Origin: Candidatus Krumholzibacteriota bacterium
GTDB lineage: Bacteria; Krumholzibacteriota; Krumholzibacteriia; JAJRXK01
DNA length: 64,000 nucleotides
Direction: 5' to 3'
NCBI GenBank assembly: GCA_963764625.1
Contig: CAVXTH010000006.1
Location: 128,001 to 192,000, forward strand
Shown here piece by piece: positions 58,435 through 64,000 of this stretch (positions are counted from its first letter, which is position 1; every line of letters begins with the position of its first letter). The translations under genes were made by a program, and so were the position numbers. The notes beneath the pieces are model-generated. The model saw nothing but the letters and a program-made list of their open reading frames with translations, searched no databases and was not told where the DNA came from.

Positions 58435-60279
58435 ATTCCGCGAGTCGGAGTGAACCCCAGCTCAGCGGCGAGGAACTGGACCGGAAGTGGCGTGACGAAG
58501 TCTACGTCGCCGACGGAAGCCCCCAACTCACGCTTCGGTCCACGCTGACCGGAGTCGTCTTGGGCTGTCTGCTCGCCTTGAGCAACCTCTACGCGGGCCT
58601 GAAGACCGGCTGGTCGTTCAGCATCGCGATCACTGCCTGCATTCTCTCCTTTTCGTTCTGGCGTCTGTTGATGGTGGCCAAGCCCGGTTCGCGTTCCCCG
58701 GAAATCCTCGAAGACAACTGCATGCAGTCGACCGCTTCCGCGGCGGGCTACACCATCGTGGCTCTGCTCGTCTCGGCGATTCCCGCCTACCTCATGGTCA
58801 CCGGAGTGAGGATTCGCGCGGGATGGCTCATGCTCTGGGTGTTCTTCTCGGCCGCCCTGGGCCTGATGCTCTTCATTCCCTTCAAGCGCCAGCTCGTCAA
58901 CGACGAGAGTCTGGTGTTTCCCAGTGGCGTCGCCGCGGCCGAGACCCTGCGTGGCCTGCACGCCAAGGACGGAGAGTCTCTGCGGCACGCCCGGGGGCTC
59001 TTTTCCGGCATGGGCCTGGGCGCTCTGGGATCGTGGCTCGGCACGAACAACGCGTTCAGCTTGGTGGCGTCTCCCCAGGATTCCCGAAACCGTATTCGCG
59101 CCCGGTTCGATCTCGGGGGTCTCGCTTTCGCCGCTGACGGTCGGCCTGGATCTGGCCGGCGTGTCTTTGGCGGGTGGAGCCCTCATCGGGATCCGAATTT
59201 CCCTGTGGATGCTCGCCGGGTCGACGGCGATCTACCTGGTGATTGCTCCCTGGCTGGTGTCGAATCACTACATCGTGGGTGAGGTGGGGTACCGCACGGT
59301 GCAGAATGGCTTCGCGCTCTGGCTCGGTGCCTCGCTCATGGTCGGCGCGTCGTTGGCGGATCTGTTCTTTCAACGTCACACGATGGGGCGCGCGTTTTCG
59401 GGTCTGTGGAGGATTTTGCGCGGGGGCTCGAAGTCCGCTAGACACGATCCCATGGCCGAAATCGAAGTACCCGACTGGTGGTCTCTGGTGGGGCTTGGGT
59501 TCTGCGCGGTCGGCCTGGCCGTGACCGGCATCCTGGCCTTCGCCATTTCCCCTTTGTCCCTGCTCGCCGCCCTCATCTTGAGCCTTCTCTTCGTGGTCGT
59601 GGCCACGCGCGCGGTAGGGGAAACCGATCTCATCCCGGTGGGTCAACTCGGAAAGCTGGCGCAGCTCACCTTCGGGGGACTGGCGCCGCGCCGGCTCAGC
59701 ACCAATCTGATGGCCACCGGGATGAGCGTGAGCTCCGCCGCCTCTGCGGCCGATCTCGCGACCAACCTCAAGTGCGGACGCATCCTGGGAGGGAATCCAC
59801 GGAAGCAGTTTCAGGCGCAGCTCTTGGGCACTCTGGCAGGGGCCCTGGTAGTGGTTCCCGCCTTCTACGTGCTCGTACCCGACGTCAGCGTTCTCGGCAC
59901 GCCCCAGCTTCCCGCTCCCGCCGCGGCCGCCTGGCGCGCGATCGCGGAGTTGACGTCCAGCGGTTTGAGCGCGCTCGAACCCGCGGCTCGTCTCGGTTTG
60001 GTGGTGGGACTCATGCTGGGCTTGATCCTCTCGACGATCGCGCAGCTGTGGCCCGAGAGAAAGTGGACGCCCAGTGCCTTCGGTTTGGGCTTGGGAATGG
60101 TGATTCCCTTCAGCCAATCCACTGCCTTCGTGGTCGGCGCCCTGCTCGCCATCCTCGTGCGACGCCTGAGCCCCTCGCGCGCTGAGGCCTACACCGTTCC
60201 CGTCGCCAGCGGAATCATCGCGGGGGAAAGCCTGCTCGGCGTTCTCTTCGGAACTCTGGCCGCTCTGGGCCTCATGTAG
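58431..60279 (+). CDS. OPT family oligopeptide transporter (apparent frameshift near 59060)
   Basis: QLTLRS, NLYAGLKTGW, FPSGVAAAE in frame 1. GETD, NLKCG, PAPAA and ASGIIAGESL in the +1 frame. Confidence 0.88.
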
Positions 60280-60745
60280 ACCGTTCGCAGAGCTCCAGGA
60301 GAACTCCACCAGTGGAGCGGGGATGGCAGAAGGCGATGAGTTTGTTCGAGGCTCCCCGGCGGGGCGTTTCGTCGATCATCGAGATGCCGGCTTCACGCAG
60401 CGCCTTCGCCGCCGCTGCGCAGTCCTTCACCCTGAGGGCCAGGTGGTGAAGCCCCGGTCCGTGCTTCTTCAGAAACTTCGCCACCGGGCTCGTGTCCGAA
60501 GTGGGTTCCAAGAGCTCGAGGTGCGCGCCCTTCAGATCGAAGATGGCCACGTGCACCCCGTCGCTCTCGATCGTCTCTAAGCCCAGCAGCGGAAGCTCGA
60601 GCAGATCGCGGTACAGAGGCAGGGTTTCTTTTAGACTCATGACCGCGATTCCTAGATGGTCCAGTCCATCGCAGAGAGGTCTCAGCTCGGGGGGGAGCCC
60701 GAGGATGGCCTTGCGCAGGAGCTCGGGATGGTCGGGTAAGTTCAC
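60272..60745 (-). CDS. mce: methylmalonyl-CoA epimerase
   Basis: DHLGIAV, LELLEP, GPGLHHLA and FCHPRSTGGVLLEL (VOC fold). Confidence 0.92.
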   Translation of the reverse strand: MNLPDHPELLRKAILGLPPELRPLCDGLDHLGIAVMSLKETLPLYRDLLELPLLGLETIESDGVHVAIFDLKGAHLELLEPTSDTSPVAKFLKKHGPGLHHLALRVKDCAAAAKALREAGISMIDETPRRGASNKLIAFCHPRSTGGVLLELCERST

Positions 60746-61278
60746 TGCGCCTCCGCTGCTTTCGGCTGCAGACGCAGGAGCGCCGTGCCCGCCGCAACCG
60801 TGCTGCCTGCTTTTACCAGGATTTCGCTCACCACTCCCGAGCTCGGCGAGGACAACTCGTTCTGCATCTTCATTGCTTCGAGGATGACCAGGGCCTGCCC
60901 GGCCTCCACCTCGTCACCCACCGAGCACTTGTATTCGACGACGAGCCCCGGCATGTCGGCCGAGACTTCCGCGCGCGAGGAGCCGGCATGAACCTGCTCG
61001 GCCGCGGCCGCGGCCAGCTCGTCGAGCACTTCGACTTTGCCGCCGCGTCCTCCCAAGAGCGCTGCGTGCCACGAGCTTCCCGGAGGAGTGAGATCGACGA
61101 GGTACATCCGGCCGTTTTGCCGAATGCTGACGGTCCGGCCTCCGTCGAGCACCAGAGCGTCGGTGATGAGCGCGCCGGTGGGAGTTTCCACCCACACCTT
61201 TCCGGCGCCATCGCGCACCACGGCCGCTTTCAGATCCTCGCCAAAGAGCCGGGTGATATAGGTCTTGCGGAGTTCCAC
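60742..61278 (-). CDS. biotin carboxyl carrier (biotinyl-domain) subunit
   Basis: ADMPG and EAMKMQNE biotinylation motif. GTG start is inferred. Confidence 0.9.
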   Translation of the reverse strand: MELRKTYITRLFGEDLKAAVVRDGAGKVWVETPTGALITDALVLDGGRTVSIRQNGRMYLVDLTPPGSSWHAALLGGRGGKVEVLDELAAAAAEQVHAGSSRAEVSADMPGLVVEYKCSVGDEVEAGQALVILEAMKMQNELSSPSSGVVSEILVKAGSTVAAGTALLRLQPKAAEAQ

Positions 61279-61286
61279 GCTGCCCC

Positions 61287-62810
61287 CTAGTCGAGCCTGC
61301 CGGTCATGGCGAGACGCCCGTACTGCCCCCACGCCGACAGAGGCGCCGGTTGCTCGCTGTGTCCGCCGTTCGCGTCACCCACTCCTGCTTCCACCAGCGC
61401 GAGCGCGGCCGCGAGAGCTTCCTTCTCGTCCGGCGCCAGATTGCTCTTGAGTTTGGCGGGATCGAAACACTCTTCGAGAAAGCGCGTGCTGTAGAGCCCC
61501 TTCACGAACTCAGGTTGCTCGAGCACCCAGCGGTGTAGGGGGATATTGTGAATCAAGCCCAGAATGCGGTAATCGGCGAGGGCGCGCCGCCCGCGCGCGA
61601 TGGCGGCCTGCCGGCTCTCGGCGGACACGATCAGTTTGGCGAGCAGCGGATCGTAGAAGACCGGAATCACGTAGCCCTCGCGCAAACCGCGGTCGTTGCG
61701 TACTCCGGCGCCCACCGGCATTCGCAAGCGGTGCACCGTGCCCGGACTGGGCGCGAAGTTCTGCCAGGGGTTCTCGGCGTACACCCGGAATTCAATTGCA
61801 TGGCCTCGCTGATACAGGTCTTCTTGCTTCCAGGGAATTCCCTCGCCCCGCGCGACTCTGACCTGCGCCGCCACCAGGTCGACCCCCACGACTTCCTCGG
61901 TGACCGGATGTTCCACCTGGAGCCGGGTGTTCATCTCCAGGAAGTAGAAGTGATCGTTCTCGTCGGCGATGAACTCGACGGTGCCAGCGCCGCGATAGTT
62001 GACAGAGCGCGCGGCCTGCAGCGCGGCTTCGCAGAGCTTTTGTCGGGTCTTTTCGGTGATGGAAGGGGAAGGAGACTCCTCGATCACCTTCTGGTGGCGG
62101 CGTTGGACGCTGCACTCGCGCTCGAAGAGATGGACCGCGTTGCCCTTGCCGTCGCCCAAAATCTGCACTTCGAGGTGGCGCGGGTGCTCGATGAACTTCT
62201 CCAGAAACACCGAAGAGTCCCCGAACGCTCCCTTGGCCTCACCCCGTGTCCGATCCAAAAAACTCGCCATTTCCTTCTCGGACTGCACCACCCGCATTCC
62301 CTTCCCGCCTCCACCGGCCGCCGCCTTGAGCAGTACCGGGTAGCCGATGGCTTTCGCCGCCTTCAGGGCGGAGGGAAGGTCTTCCAGCGCGCTCGAGTTG
62401 CCGGGAACCACCGGGACTCTCGCCTTTTCCATGAGCGCTCGGGCCGAGAGCTTGTTGCCCATGCTCTGCATGCTCTCCGGCGTGGGTCCGATGAAACACA
62501 GCCCCGCATCTTCGACCGCGCGCGCGAACTCGGCATTCTCACTCAAGAACCCGTAGCCGGGATGAATCGCGTCGGCCTTTGCCTGGCGAGCCGCGTCGAG
62601 AATCTTGTCGATGCGGAGATAGCTCTCGCTCGAGGGCCCATCCCCCAGGGGATATGCCTCGTCCGCCTGCAGCGTGTGCAGGGCAGTCCGATCGGGTGCG
62701 CTGTAGACGGCGCACGCGGTGATGCCCATTTCGCGCAAGGTCTGCTGGATGCGTACCGAGATTTCACCTCGGTTGGCAATGAGGACTTTCTTGAGAGTTG
62801 AGGCGCTCAA
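61287..62810 (-). CDS. pccA: acyl-CoA (propionyl-CoA) carboxylase biotin carboxylase subunit
   Basis: ANRGEI, HPGYGFLSEN, GGGGKGMR, ERECSVQRRHQK and EMNTRLQVEHPVTE motifs. Confidence 0.92.
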   Translation of the reverse strand: MSASTLKKVLIANRGEISVRIQQTLREMGITACAVYSAPDRTALHTLQADEAYPLGDGPSSESYLRIDKILDAARQAKADAIHPGYGFLSENAEFARAVEDAGLCFIGPTPESMQSMGNKLSARALMEKARVPVVPGNSSALEDLPSALKAAKAIGYPVLLKAAAGGGGKGMRVVQSEKEMASFLDRTRGEAKGAFGDSSVFLEKFIEHPRHLEVQILGDGKGNAVHLFERECSVQRRHQKVIEESPSPSITEKTRQKLCEAALQAARSVNYRGAGTVEFIADENDHFYFLEMNTRLQVEHPVTEEVVGVDLVAAQVRVARGEGIPWKQEDLYQRGHAIEFRVYAENPWQNFAPSPGTVHRLRMPVGAGVRNDRGLREGYVIPVFYDPLLAKLIVSAESRQAAIARGRRALADYRILGLIHNIPLHRWVLEQPEFVKGLYSTRFLEECFDPAKLKSNLAPDEKEALAAALALVEAGVGDANGGHSEQPAPLSAWGQYGRLAMTGRLD

Positions 62811-62819
62811 GGGTGGCTC

Positions 62820-64000
62820 CTACAGCGGAATGTTGCCGTGCTTCTTGCGGGGCGTTTCCTGCTTCTTGTTGCGTAGCCTCCTGAGGGCGGCGATGAGCAA
62901 CGGACGGGTATCGCGGGGTTCGATCACGTCGTCGAGGTATCCGAGGCTCGCGGCCACGTACGGATTCGCGAGCCTCGCCTCGTACTCGGCGACTCTCTGC
63001 TTGCGCACCACGTCGGGATCCTCCGCCTGATCGATCTCTTTGCGGTAGATGATGTTGACCGCACCCTCGGGCCCCATGACTGCGAGCTCGGCGCTGGGCC
63101 AGGCCACGTTCCAGTCCCCTCTGATGTGCTTGGAGCTCATGACGTCGTAGGCCCCGCCGTAAGCCTTGCGGGTGATGACCGTCAGTTTGGGCACGGTAGC
63201 TTCACAGTAGGCGAAGAGAAGCTTGGCGCCGTGCTTGATGAGGCCTCCGAACTCCTGGCGAGTGCCGGGGAGAAAGCCCGGAACGTCTTCGAAAGTGACC
63301 AGAGGAATGTTGAAGCAGTCGCAACTACGCACGAAGCGCGCAGCCTTCAGGCTCGCGTCGATGTCGAGTACTCCGGCCAGGGTCTTGGGTTGGTTGCCCA
63401 CGATTCCCACGCTCGCCCCGCCCAGGCGCGCGAAGCCACACACGATGTTCCGCGCGTACGCGGGTTGAATCTCCAGGAACTCACCGTCGTCCACCACGAG
63501 CCGAATGACTTCCTTGATGTCGTACGGTTGCTTGGAGCTGTCGGGAATGATCTCGTTGAGACGATTCTCGCGTCGATCGATGGGATCGGTGCAACTGACG
63601 GCCGGCGGATCTTCCAGGTTGTTCTGGGGAAGGTAGCTCAAGAGCTTCTTCAGCATCAGCAGACACTCTTGATCGCTTTGCGCTTTCATGTGGGCCACGC
63701 CGCTCTTGATGTTGTGCGTGTCGGCTCCGCCCAGCTCTTCGAAAGTGACGTCCTCGTTCGTGACCATCTTGATCACGTTGGGCCCGGTCACGAACATGTG
63801 ACTCGTCTTTTCCACCATGATGGTGAAATCGGTGATCGCGGGGCTGTACACCGCGCCACCGGCGCAAGGGCCCATGATCGCGCTGATCTGAGGGACTACT
63901 CCTGAGGCCTGGGTGTTGCGCCAGAAGATCTCGGCGTAGCCGGCAAGGCTCTCGACGCCCTCCTGAATGCGCGCGCCACCGCTGTCGTTCAGCCCGATGA
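62820..64000 (-). CDS. pccB: acyl-CoA (propionyl-CoA) carboxylase carboxyltransferase subunit (5' end outside window)
   Basis: [38 protein letters not shown] and KKHGNIPL motifs. Confidence 0.94.
   Translation of the reverse strand, partial: IGLNDSGGARIQEGVESLAGYAEIFWRNTQASGVVPQISAIMGPCAGGAVYSPAITDFTIMVEKTSHMFVTGPNVIKMVTNEDVTFEELGGADTHNIKSGVAHMKAQSDQECLLMLKKLLSYLPQNNLEDPPAVSCTDPIDRRENRLNEIIPDSSKQPYDIKEVIRLVVDDGEFLEIQPAYARNIVCGFARLGGASVGIVGNQPKTLAGVLDIDASLKAARFVRSCDCFNIPLVTFEDVPGFLPGTRQEFGGLIKHGAKLLFAYCEATVPKLTVITRKAYGGAYDVMSSKHIRGDWNVAWPSAELAVMGPEGAVNIIYRKEIDQAEDPDVVRKQRVAEYEARLANPYVAASLGYLDDVIEPRDTRPLLIAALRRLRNKKQETPRKKHGNIPL

Noticed and set aside
1-64000. CRISPR arrays, tandem repeat arrays, transposases, prophage or defence systems
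   Set aside because: None recognised by eye. Almost all sequence is accounted for by housekeeping genes and short spacers.

Overview
This is a GC-rich, gene-dense housekeeping segment of a diderm bacterial chromosome. The rplM-rpsI-rpsB-tsf-pyrH-frr order, an FlgD-Ig/T9SS-like C-terminal domain and a short C-terminal 'SFGxxKA' tail suggest an FCB-superphylum lineage such as Krumholzibacteriota, Latescibacterota or Eisenbacteria (inference). In order it holds: the 3' part of rpoD, tRNA-Ile(CAT) and tRNA-Val(CAC), a zinc-ribbon protein, RNase HI, RNase P RNA, recJ-rel-dtd-maf-mtnA, rplM-rpsI-rpsB-tsf-pyrH-frr, a decayed KirBac K+ channel remnant, uppS-cdsA-dxr-rseP, tamA-tamB plus a peptidase/beta-propeller/Omp85 fusion, pcrA, secreted proteins, an acyl-CoA catabolic cluster, ispH, a GldAFG-like ABC module, ygfZ/iscS/iscA, pepA, oppABC, xseAB, an OPT transporter and mce-bccp-pccA-pccB. 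I saw no CRISPR array, prophage or transposase. The best candidates for something undescribed are: (i) a pseudoknotted ~130-nt structured RNA between tRNA-Val and a strong terminator; (ii) the TamAB plus protease-Omp85 outer-membrane cluster near proteins with two kinds of C-terminal sorting tails; (iii) a divergent MeaB-like NTPase followed by a CGAAC-N4-GTTCG palindrome upstream of the acyl-CoA operon. Four otherwise intact genes carry +1 frameshifts that are probably assembly errors. All calls come from reading the sequence by eye, with no database searches.
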